A stretch of DNA of 64,000 nt, from positions 372,001 through 436,000 of the forward strand of contig JAQGDQ010000087.1 in the NCBI GenBank assembly GCA_030141605.1. Direction: 5' to 3'. The notes below the pieces were generated by a model. That model did no database searches and had not been told where the DNA came from. It saw only the letters and a list, made by a program, of their open reading frames with translations. Positions 1 through 12,054 of the stretch are shown here, one piece after another. Source of the stretch: Tubiluchus corallicola (lineage: Eukaryota > Animalia > Priapulida). Made by a program: the position numbers and the translations under genes. Every line of letters starts with the position of its first letter. Within the stretch, counting starts at the first letter, position 1.

Positions 1-797
1 GCTAAGTGTCCAACACTTAAATTAATTGAAACGAACTACCTGCATTATTTTTTGTAAATATGCTCAATTCATCGGTGCTAGCAAATGCCTTCTCACAGCA
101 AAACACTTTCTACTTTTGTGTTATCTGGTTTCCTAAGATTACGTCATTTCACTCAAAAACCAGTGACACGTGCTCATGCCCAAATTTTCTATTGCAAGCA
201 GAGAGCAGCAGAGCTACGTAAATGGTCACAGTAATGACCTTTTCTTTAATGAAAAAGAACAGCAAAAAGAACGGCTGATGAATTTATGTAACCAGACCAA
301 AGTTTTGGTTATGAAGATGATGAAGTTAGTGAAATGGATGCAAACGTGAAAAGGGGGAGTTAGAGTTTCCAAAATTTTCGAATAAAACGGCTCAGGGAAA
401 ATCTTGATAAGGGTAACAGAAACTGCAAAAGTTTGACTGTTTCTGAACACTATGAACATACAATAGAGTCACAAATTAAATTTCAGTTTCAATCAACAGA
501 GGCTGTAGATAGGTAGTAAACTACACTTAATTACTGCACTATAACACATGTATAAGCCTAACACATAGATACCATTGTACTTTTTTATAATATCATACAA
601 GAAAAATTTAATTTTGCGACTAAGGTGGGAACCGTTGACCGGCGAAGGGGCAGACCGTTAAGAAGGGACTGCTAAAAATACTTCTGTCTAGGACATCAAA
701 CTACCTATAGCCGGCCCTGCTTGTCTCTGAAAAGGATAAAAAAAACGCTCTGCTACAATGTATAAACACGTATGATATATAAGCAAAAAATGCTTAC

Positions 798-3700
798 GGT
801 GATTGAGTACTAGAACTTTCTTGTAGTAAGATAAAGTCCGCAACTAGTGCTACATCCAGCATTGACACCAGTACCAGGGAATGGGCATCCCAAAGGGTCA
901 GAAAACCCTGAAAAGAAAACACATTGCAACAACAACAACAATTTGTCAAAAACACTAAAATTGGTAGATATAAGTTTGGAATAGAAATTAATTTAGAGCA
1001 TCCAAGACAGTTTTTATTACAACATAGAAACCATTACCTTGCTGTCTAAAAGGAACAGGTGTTTTCCATCGAATGTTAATACACACTTTAAAATATCTGA
1101 AAAAAGTATTCAATTAACAAAGATCACAAAGCATTAATAAGTGGCGACTTTTGTCAGCAAAAATGATCACGAGGAAAAGCTTTTTTATTTAGAAAAAAGT
1201 GAGGCAAGAATATTTTACAGACTTTAACTTTCATTTTTTCAACAAGAATATTTACATATTTACAGAGATAAGGTGGGACTACCAAATTCCTTTCCACTGT
1301 AATAAATTTATCAGTAATCATACTTTGATTGATCAAGCCAGCAAGAGACGATTTACAAAAGTTGTAATTCCTCTGTGGATCCCACTTTGCGAAAGAGACG
1401 CCATAATTGTCCTGAAAAAGCAGTAACAAGTTTAAAAACAACAGTGTCAAATAAAAACACATCTAGATGCGTTGGGCTTAAGATAAGAGGCTAATTTATC
1501 TTCCAATTATTAATTCCTTTTTTAAGACTGGATAATAGTTCCTTCAGTGGCACTTAATAAGCAAATCGGCATTATTATTATTATTCCTATTCATTCAAAC
1601 ACATAATTATGTACATGTACAAGGATTAGTAAAAAAATTACAATATAAATCAAATAAGGTTAGCTAAAAATATAAATATAATACCAAAATGTGTGTACAA
1701 CACGATATTACTATAAAAATTAAGAGTCATAATAGTATAGGCCTATAATACACAAACTTGTTGATCAGCTGTATGTATTACATATAACGTTTTATATCAA
1801 CCAAGTAATATACTACTAGTTACGACAAATGTAAGTCACGATAGAAACTAGTTCTTGTTTTTCAAGAAAACTGTTATTTGTTTCAATAGCTTGACAAGTG
1901 AACCTATTACAATTTCGGCTTCATCTAGGTTGCATGACTTTACACCAACTATGGTATGACGTGAGCATCTCCTGTAACTCAGATGCAGCCCATTAAAACC
2001 AACAACCAAACTTGTTCAACCATACTCACATCTTACATATAAGTATCATTCAAAATAGTTATTCACTGCTTTAACACAGCTGTATTACAAATGAGTAATT
2101 AGCAGCAGTTCTCATGAACACAAATAAATTAAAAGACAAAAAAGTGGGGAATTCATTATTTGCACCTGAATGGTCTTTAAAGCCACTTGATAATTTAGTA
2201 GAATAGCAAATGAAACTTCTTCATTCGACAGGTACCATTTAATGTCTCCGCGAAGCTGCAATAAATATTTACGGGTTAAAAGATCAAACACTTTGAGGTA
2301 AAAAAAAATCACAAAAATATCCCTAAAAACTATAAAGGAAAGCAAATCATACCAATCAAGAGTTGTTGACCTGAATTAAAGAATACTGGTGGGACGGATT
2401 AAACAATTTAAATGATTATAATAGATTTGGGTTTCTGTTTTCGATCATGCACAAACTATTGATGCAAATCTATTACATTACTAATGCAATGTTTGCACTT
2501 ATTTTTAGGAAAAAACACAAAAATTGCAAGATAAACATAGTCGACATTGTAATTAAATCACGCAATATGGAGCTGTCTTTGCGCAGTAACATATCGCCTT
2601 GGCGACACTGGTTAGATGTGAAGATTTCTCATAAGCACAAGCATGTGGCTTTTTGTAAACAAAAATAAGTATGTATAAAGTGCAAGCGATTTTAAAAAAC
2701 TGTTAGTAAAAATCCAAACTAAAAAATAAACTCACTTAAAACTTATTCTTTGTTTATACATTTCTACCAACATTATAATTAAAACTGAAATGGTTAAAAT
2801 AACAAATCTGTTACACACAAAGTTATTTGTTACAAAATTATAAGTTTTTACGCATGGAAACCGATTATAATCAGTTATTGAATCCATTTCTGTTAAAGAT
2901 ACACTGAAAAGCTTGAATAGGCAACCGAAATCTCATATAACAGACTTCTCACCTTTTTTGCAAGTAAAAAATCTTCATTTTGCAAAGCTGCAATAAAAAA
3001 TGGTTAAATTTAAGCAACAAAATACGTGTACAACCTTATCAAACAATTTGAATGCCTTAAGATCGATCAACTTTTTACTATACTCCTCATTTAACTTAAA
3101 TACAATATACACTACACATACCATCTATATTCTATAAACCTTTATAATTTTTTACAAGACCTATTCCTCGAGATGTTCCAAAGTTTCCCTCTAATTAATT
3201 TGAGTATTTAAAAGTTTCTTAAACATCTAGAAGCACAAGATGATGGTGCATGGCTGCCATATCACCAAAATCATAAAACTTCATATTCTTGATTAAGAGA
3301 TTTAAAGCATCATGATCAAATTAAATAAAAGAGAATCAATTCCGCAATCGTAGCTCTGTTCTCGAGCAAATGATTTAACACGTCAGCCAAACCAGATAAA
3401 AACTTAACTACAACAATCCTACTAAATACAAAAAAAGACAACATATAGCATGGAATGCATCATAAACTTGCTAGGAGTTCGAGGGTGAAATAGCATTACC
3501 CTGTAAGATGCGATGTAGATCCACATCTTTGTATGAATACAATTTACCATCAGCACCCAACACTAAAATGCTTGTTTTACCTACAAGAAACAAGAGGAAA
3601 AATAAGACAAAAACCAACAGGCACACTGCATTTTTCAAACACCCTTTTTGTCAAACATTTTTCAAAATTTTCAAAATTTCAGTTCACAGTTTGCATGCCA

Positions 3701-6700
3701 CATACACAAGTTCCATACAAGGTCCAATGATTTTCATATAAATTGAACATCACTTTCCAAATTTGATAAAAATTCGCTGAGGAAATTATGTACAGTTGAG
3801 ACTAAAAGGTATTATAAAAGCAAAAAATCAACATGTAAACACTACAAATCACGAATAGTACAGTACTTTTATACAATTTGGTACACTATAAGCAGTAATG
3901 CAATGTTTAATGCATATTGAGTTTTGAGGGACAGCAATACAGTGCATAACCAGAATTAATCCTCCAAGATAAAACACAGAATCAGTAAGGAACCTTATCC
4001 ATCTTTGGAATTACAAGCATTCTATCCAAACGAGAAAATGGCAAGAACAACCTGGCATTACCTTTCCATAATTAGCTTTCCTAGCAGTCACCCATCCATC
4101 TATGCCAACTAACCAGGCCTGTTTAACTTTGTAGCCAGCAGATACCATAATGCACAACAATAAATGAAGGTGAAATTTGATCAATGTCCAAAGTTTTACG
4201 TGTTCATAACAATGCTTGCTAAGTAATCAAACTTGGGTTCTCATTTTTAAATATCAGAAATCCAATTAGTGAATTATTACATTGGTGTGGATGTCTGATT
4301 TACTTCCCCGGATACAGCAAACCATTACATTCATCATACGAAATGCAAGAGCATCAGGAATTCACAAGTTGCTCACAAAAGGCTTTGCAATGATGTATCT
4401 AAATTTGAAACATGGTTTCAAAAAATTCACATATTGTACCTGACTGGTTCTGACATGACGTAACTGAGGAGAACGCTCTTGCTGAATCATTGTTTCCATC
4501 CAAAATTTTCTAAAAATGAACAAATGCAAACATCAAGATGGGCAAAAGTTGAAAAGAATAGGACATCGACATCTGTGAATTTTTCACTACAATTCTCCAA
4601 GAATTTTAATTCAGACACTGCTCAAACTGCTCAACGAAAAGGACATCTTGTCTACAATGAATAGGTAAAATGCATGTATAATAACGACAGAAGAGCAAAA
4701 ATGAAAAGTGCAGCCAGCAAAAAGATAGAAAATACAAATCAGCATGTAGACATTCAATTTGCTGAACTACAACAACAAAATGTATAGAATCACAGGCTAA
4801 ATAAACAATGAAAAATAAAGTTTGCAGAACAACACTTTGCCAGCAAATATCATTAAACACAAAAGTTGTATTAGCAAATTAACAACATTACCTCTGAAAA
4901 CAGTACAGCTCCATTTGGAATGTAAACAAAATGTAAATAACCTCCACAGTCACCAACAAGCAGGAATAAAGTATCTTCAGCCCATGCTACAGCATCAACA
5001 TAGTAATCTAAAAATATTATATTTATATTTAAAATTATTAGTAATCATTAATCACTAATCATTACAAACTGGGGACATTTAAATGCACTTACAAAATACA
5101 AAAGATGAGGTAGTAAATTTAGCAAAAAACTGCAGCAATATTTGCTCACTTTGTAACTTATACATATTTGCACTGATAAATTAAAAGTAATTAAATATTC
5201 AATCTGGCTGATATAACTTATTGTGTAGCGAAAAACTGTTTATCAGATTAACACTAATTATACTTTAAATAAAACAAGAAAAATAACAAATGGACATGCA
5301 AAGTTCACAAATGAAAATAATATTTCAAATACATTAGTGTTACACACTTTGCTTTTAATGAAGTAATGCTGACAACAGACAGAATACTGGATTTGTAGAG
5401 GTGCCTAGTATGAAAGCATGCTGTTTTAATAAAAGTATGCCAACTCTCTTTCTCACAGATTAACAAAACCAATGATAAAGTAAAAACACGGACAATATAG
5501 GTCACACGTTTACCTGAGTTCATCTAGGTCACACCTTCACTTGAGTTCATCTAGATCACACATTCACCTGAGTTCATCTAGATCACACGTTATACCTGAG
5601 TTCCTCTAGATCACACGTTCACCTGAGATCATCTAGGTCACACCTTCACTTGAGTTCAACTAGATCACACATTCACCTGAGTTCATCTAGGTCACACGTT
5701 TACCTGAGTTCCTCTAGATCACACGTTCACCTGAGTTCATCTAGGTCACACCTTCACTTGAGTTCATCTAGATCACACATTCACCTGAGTTCATCTAGAT
5801 CACATGTTCACCTGAGTTCATCTAGATCACACATTCACTTGAGTTCATCTAGATCACACGTTCACCTGAGTTCATCTAGATCACACGTTCACTTGAGTTC
5901 ATCTAGATCACACGTTCACCTCAGTTTATCCAGATCACACGTTCACCTGAGATCAAGCACTCAGACACACATGCACAAATATTAAAATGAGTTTTTACCA
6001 AGATTAACAGTAAGCAGAAAGTCACTGCCAAAATTTGCGAATATATTAAGTTGTTTGCCAACAGCAATGGAAACATGTTCATCAGAGATGGCAGCACTCA
6101 CTCTTGGGTTGTAATCAACCTGAAACAAAAACCAATGTACTATTGCAATACCGAGGCTCTCCTAAACTATTAAATGTGGTTTCTGATTCCTCAAAATTGC
6201 AGCAGATATAATCACTATTCAACCATTTCATGCAATAACAATAGTACCACCAGATTCAAATAAGTATGTAAAACTTTTAATAGCCAAAAGGAAATTTCGT
6301 GCATGAAATTGCAAGCCATGTCACCAGTAGCATCATCCCATAATTCTACCTGCTTGATAAGCAATCAGGATGCATTATTCAGTCGTCTAGGAACTGACTA
6401 CTGGCGATGCTGAACAATGTGATTTGTCGATTCACACAGCATGAGTGATTCATTTGGTAAAATAAACTAAAATAAAATAAGTTATTCACTCCCAAAACAG
6501 ACTTTGAATTTAAACCTAAAAACACAAAATTAATCAAGTGCAATAAATTTAAATGATTTTTTTAAAAAATTGTCTGCATCACACAACAGTAAACACTATC
6601 AGGCTGCGATCAATTTCACTCTGATATGAGAAAAGGCCAGCAAAAGGTTTTTGTTGGCTTTTTAATCAACGGGTGTGCAATATAAAAACCCCACTGGCAC

Positions 6701-7201
6701 ATAACAAATGAGTAATATTTAAACACAGACAAGTATGAAAACTTAAAATGACTTCTGAAGAAATTTTTAGTTAAACAACTCTGTGGCATCCTTTCTCCAC
6801 GGCAATTTTAAAAACCAAAGGCCACATGGTCAAGGTAAAAAAAGTGGGTTATACATGTGAATATTTAAAGCTCTAATCGAGTTGCAATTAAAATGGTTAT
6901 AGACTGGTAGGCCAGTAAAAATTTCGAAAAAATACAGTCAATTTCCCAGTGCTCCAAACCTCCTAAATTAATTCAGGAATACTGATAAATATCACTTTTC
7001 TATTAAAAACACCTAGATCTGTTTCCTTTATGCAGTATTTGACATTAATACAAATGCAAGTACAGTAAAGTAATTTACCTTGCCAGCTGAGGATATGGTT
7101 GCCTTTGTGTCGACTTGATACAAGGCACACCCAGCTTCTTGTCTAGCACCAAAGTTTACAGTTTCTCCATAAAAACCAGTCTCAATTTGATCCCAAGACA
7201 T
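798..7201 (-). CDS. KNTC1: Kinetochore-associated protein 1 (ROD, RZZ complex), N-terminal beta-propeller exons; 3'-partial, gene continues off the left edge
   Basis: GT-AG exons with consistent phases: 7201-7079 (MSWDQIETGFYGETVNFGARQEAGCALYQVDTKATISSAGK), 6119-5999 (VDYNPRVSAAISDEHVSIAVGKQLNIFANFGSDFLLTVNL), 5007-4892 (DYYVDAVAWAEDTLFLLVGDCGGYLHFVYIPNGAVLFSE), 4509-4440, 3580-3500 (KTSILVLGADGKLYSYKDVDLHRILQ), 2987-2953 (ALQNEDFLLAKK), 2255-2166 (LRGDIKW..., 3' boundary less certain), 1411-1324 (DNYGVSFAKWDP...), 1096-1038 (ILKCVLTFDGKHLFLLDSK), 907-798 (GFLTLWDAHSLV...). Colinear with recalled human KNTC1 motifs MWNDIE, GTALYQVD, FLLVGERSGNLHL, AIENVDFSTAKKLQGQIK, FSKWEP, LFVLDTDNVLSLWD. 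The ATG directly follows an acceptor AG, implying an upstream non-coding exon. Confidence 0.88.
5498..5952. repeat. 27-bp minisatellite, about 17 copies, in a KNTC1 intron
   Basis: Unit consensus GATCACACGTTCACCTGAGTTCATCTA read directly; explains the spurious (SSSRSHVHL)n ORF 5650-5985. Confidence 0.97.
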
Positions 7202-7268
7202 CTGAAAACTACAAAATGGCTTAAGTTTTTGCAAAAAGTACCATACATATAGAAATATAGCAATAACG

Positions 7269-7798
7269 TTAAAGGAAAAGACGTATCATTTAACATGTTT
7301 TTTATTTTACTGTTATCACTCAAACTTAGAAATATAATAAAGAAATTTGCCAAAAACTGTCTATAAAGCATAAAGGTGATTTATATTATGCTGTACAGAA
7401 ATCTTCAGGCATGGTGGCATGACGTAAGTAGTGGACTTCATCACTTTTCGTAAACGCAGAGACTTTTCATAAATGCTCGCTGCAGCTAAACTAATTCAAA
7501 CTTCTGCAGCTTACCCAATGTTCACATAGAAACACCACAAAATCTGCTATCAATTTCTTTGTAAAAACTTGTTACAGTTCTGACAGAAATTGGCAGTGTG
7601 CTGCTATTGTTCAACCAATCAACGACATCATTGGTCGAAAAAGGGTGTTCAAAATGGGAGTGCCCAAGCGTGAAATGACTGCGAATTTAATGTGATTTTA
7701 CTAATTACACAAGGCGCGTAGCACACTTTCATTACTCAATCTTTCTAACATTTTTTGTTCGCATTGAAACTTCCGAGAAGGTTTGGCTTTTCCTTTAA
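7269..7798. mobile_element. TTAA-flanked MITE (Kolobok-like), family A
   Basis: Begins TTAA|AGGAAAAGAC and ends GGCTTTTCCT|TTAA; the last ~150 bp is homologous to 26700-26857 (CAAAATG..CCCAAGCGTGAA..CTTTCTAACATTTTT..GGCTTTTCCTTTAA). Confidence 0.7.
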
Positions 7799-9612
7799 TG
7801 ACAGTCATAGCAGCCACCAGTAAAAATCAATATGTCTGTCACCACTTCCACAGATATGAAAAACATGTTTTTACTGGTTCATATCGATATTACTTACTTA
7901 GCAATATTAATTTTGGTAAATATTGCTCTCCTTCATAAACAGTGATTGATAATGCTTTTTTATAAAATTAAAAAACACAGAAATTTAGCAGAAGTAGAAA
8001 AATGATAAATATAAGCTTATCAAAATCATTTTGTGACACTTCATATCAGCAATAATGGCTGTTTGTTGAAGTTCTCTAACAAGTCTAAACAAGCATAAGA
8101 ACTGCAATACACTATTTTCTATAAACTCACTTTTGTTGTGAGCCTGTGGATTTGTTCAAAAATCAGAAAATCATATGGGGACTGATTCAATTCAGATCTC
8201 TTCTAATATAGTAAACACTAGTGTTTACACAAGTAGTAAAAATCAGACTCATGTACCATTTTCCTTATACCCATCGGGTACCCGATTGTTAAGATTCAGT
8301 AGCAGTGAATAAATTGTAATCATTTATATTTGCAAATAAGAACAACTACCGGTGCATTTCAACTAACAGTGTTATCTTAGCAAAAAACATTCGGTTATTA
8401 CATGCTTAGGCCCTGAACACGAGCTACAAGTCACAAATGTTAGTGTATTGCCACCGCACTGCCTAATTTCCCAGATTTCTTAATTACTTGTATAGGATGT
8501 TTGATCAATGAATCAGCTACAGCGTAGGGATTATAATAATCTACTGATGTTTTTGCGTGTAGTTAAACTTAGCAATCCGTTTATTGGCATCATTATTAGT
8601 GGCCTGAAAGCTTTTTCAATGGTAATAGACAATTTCGTTCGAATAATTAATCATTTGTAAATAAATTACAATTTATTTTCCGTAAAAATTCGTAGGTCAT
8701 CCCTTCAGCAAAAATGGATTGATCTGCTATGTGCGTGTAACTAATAAATAGAGATATAATCACTGCTGGCTTGCTAATGCTGAAAAACACTACTATACAG
8801 TATTTCAAATAATAATTTTTTAATACCAAATCTAGCATGTTTGAGTGCAGGTTGGCAGTGTGCCAGTGCAGCTGTTATTAGTCTGCTAGTAGGTATCTAT
8901 TGTACAGTACAAGTGTGCCGTAGAAAGCAGCATTTAAATTTTAAGTGAATTAAACAATGAATATCCTATTAATAATAATTATCTGCATTTATATCAGGAA
9001 TATCAGGCTCGGGTAATAAACAATGAAGGTAAGTACCCAAGTACCAGGGTATCAGATGGAACAACTAGTAAATGCATATATATGTTAAGTACATAAACAT
9101 AAAAAGTTACTAGTAATAGTAGTATGTTTAACTACTGAAAGTCAAATCACAGTAAATTATAAATGAAACTAAGATTAAGAACAGCTCTAATTGCTCAAAC
9201 TCTTCATTGTTAAACATCATTACAAAATTAGCATATAAATACTGCTTCTATTATGCAAGGCATGTAGGGTTGCCAACTTGCCAGATGTCCATTATATAAG
9301 GGACTTGTCTTTTTGTCCACTGTCCCGTACTGACTTTTCAGGGATACTAAATGTCCCATATATAGTTTTTTCAAATTTCATAATACAAATATATTTCTAC
9401 TACCTTCTTATGGTTCTTGTCTCTATTAAATAAGAATTTTGCAATGCTTTCGTTTTCTCAGAATTTCTTTTAATTATCTATATTGCCTGTATTAAATAAT
9501 AATAATTTTACTTTTGTTTTCCTCATATCCCATTAAAATCCCTGATTTATGTTTTTAACTTATGTCTCTACTTTTATATAATATACTGGTCTGTGTGAGT
9601 ACGCATGTATAA

Positions 9613-9616
<4 letters not shown>

Positions 9617-9643
<27 letters not shown>
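9617..9643. repeat. (AT)n microsatellite
   Basis: Direct reading. Confidence 0.95.
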
Positions 9644-9941
9644 GGAATACATAGAGATTTTAAACGTCCAGCAAAGGTAGATAACCAGACTTTATGTTAC
9701 TGTGTCAATGATTCATACATGAAACATGATGACGACGACATTACGTTATAATTAACTAAACCTTGCCGCTTACGTTGTCTTTATTTCATTTCATTAGTTT
9801 AGACTGCCAAACGTTCAACACTATAACCCGTGACTATCGTGTGAAAACGACTGTTAGTTACGCTTAAGCCTGGACTTCGCACGCTGCTTCAATTTATTTG
9901 TACAGTCGTGCATAAAACTTAACATTACACGATACATGTAC

Positions 9942-10024
9942 CTTGCGTTTTTATTACTTCATTTCGTTTTAATTAAAATTTAACAGTAAATGCCATTAAA
10001 AACACTTCTTATTCCCGCCAAAAA
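9942..10024 (-). promoter_or_regulatory. Putative KNTC1 promoter / non-coding first exon with E2F site
   Basis: Minus strand reads TTTTTGGCGGGAA (10024-10012), an E2F-type motif, followed by a candidate donor AAG|GTACAT at 9942/9941. The KNTC1 ATG exon needs an upstream exon. TSS is inferred only. Confidence 0.5.
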
Positions 10025-10504
10025 TCTTATACAAACATTCATTGCAACAGCTAAAATGTTAGACATTGATGATACCTAGGGCAATGCATTTGCTGTGACA
10101 CAACTGTTTTGTCACTACGACCTTACTAAATCCCCGTTCACTCGGACAATTTTTCATCAACTTGTTTGTAAATTTTAGTTTGTGAAATTAACTTCATGAT
10201 GCAAACAGCGAAACTGTCACACTTTTAGCTTAACAAATAGACCCAACACTCTAGACAAAAGCATGTCATGCTCATGACATGATGGCAATTGCTCACTTTT
10301 GCGCAAGCATGTGCACATGCACACACGCCCTTGCACTGCACGCATCTAAAAAGTTGACGGACAGTTTTTGTTTATCAGTTTGGCAGTTTTAAAAGTGATC
10401 GTGTAGGTGGAGTATAACAAGAACATGACAAAGACAAACAATTATTATTTAAATCCTGAACGGCATTTAACGGTCATTAGTACTGCTGGCCGCATCTTCT
10501 ATGT

Positions 10505-10760
<256 letters not shown>

Positions 10761-11659
10761 GTTAACACCAAAAATTGCTGTAGTAATCATTACATAAATG
10801 ACATCAAATTTAAAGTGATAATTATAGTGCTAACATAATTTTGTCATACACTAATAATTATACCATCACTTATCAATACACTGTATCAACTTTAGTATAG
10901 CAAGTTCAGCATTTGCCACTACATACCAACCACTCAACTATAACAATGACGATGTCAACAGCAGCAACAGCTACAGCAATAATTATTAACACTCACTCCA
11001 TATAATATCTCTCCAGTCTCCATTCAACACTTATATTCAAGATCTCTGCACTGCGTTTGATGTCTATGTACCAGTATGTAGATTATGATGTATATGAACT
11101 GTTCTGCAAGTCTGCTTTGCGGCTGCTCAATGTTTCTGTAGCACCTTTAACTATTCTCACCTATTTCTGTCATATCAATCTGTGATGTGTTCTCAGTGTT
11201 GGGAGTTTATTCCAATTTTGCTCTCTTCTGGTAGCCTATTTCATTATAACTTATTACAGCCAAATATTGTGTGTGAATTGTAATTATATAGTGTACATCT
11301 ATATTTTAAATTGTATTGAGACAATATTGTTATGTGTACTTTATGTTCGTATTTAGCAGCTTCTGCAGCGAATTTATTTTAATACATTCGCATAGATTAC
11401 TATCTAAACTGACATAATTATTTCTTCTAGCCTGATTGTTATGCTAGTAAAATTTTGCTTTTATTTTTTAGAATCATAATCATTTCTTTATGTTCATTAT
11501 CATTTTGTTAGAATCATGCGCGGACGAGCGGTAACTTAATTTTTTATGTCATCCTATCAGTAACAGTTTTTGTTTTGATCAAGTGCTGAGTAGAAGACTG
11601 AGGGCATTTCTCTGTAGGCCTCATAATTTAGAAGCCGTAGTAAACGCCGCTTCAGATTT

Positions 11660-11950
11660 CTGATTGGCTGATATTAAGAAAAAGTAGTTCCAAACATTGG
11701 ATCACTACGACAAACAACAATATAGATTCACATCTTTCATACAAAATATAATTTTTCTTGCGATTTTGCCATTTACATGTCGTAAATGCAAAAGTTGATT
11801 CAAATGTATTTTTCTTTTTTGAAAATAATTTAAAAGAAGGTTGATTTTAGTAAGATAAGGTTATGGCGATCTTGTTCGCTTCCTTTTGAGGCCTGCGAGA
11901 GTGCGTGTGCCTAAAATGCCACTGCGGAAACCCACGTGGCGACCTCGTGG
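11660..11950 (+). promoter_or_regulatory. Putative MAX promoter: inverted CCAAT box and E-boxes
   Basis: CTGATTGGCTG near 11660-11670; palindromic CCACGTGG at 11932-11939 and CTCGTG (CACGAG on minus) at 11944-11949, in a locally GC/CpG-richer patch about 110-120 bp upstream of the MAX ATG. Confidence 0.55.
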
Positions 11951-12054
11951 TTATTTGGTTATGGTCACAGTATTGACCCACAATAGTTTTTAGTGGATTG
12001 TGGTGGTTTTCGTTTTTATTTTAATGTTTTATTTGTTCTTTATTTGCAAGAGCA

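Noticed and set aside
1264-1323. Longer version of the KNTC1 exon 1411-1264 using donor T|GTAAAT
   Set aside because: Also phase-compatible, but adds 20 aa relative to the recalled human spacing; the donor A|GTATGA at 1324 fits better. Needs cDNA to settle.
1904-1971. Possible extra KNTC1 exon (RCSRHTIVGVKSCNLDEAEIVIG)
   Set aside because: Slight resemblance to the human segment, but I could not find convincing splice sites with phases compatible with both neighbours.
5650-5985. 111-aa ORF of SSSRSHVHL repeats
   Set aside because: Translation of the 27-bp minisatellite, antisense within a KNTC1 intron; non-ATG start and no splice or homology support.
9265-9570. TAGGGTTGCCA hAT-like left end
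   Set aside because: No matching right TIR or TSD found; at most a truncated fragment.
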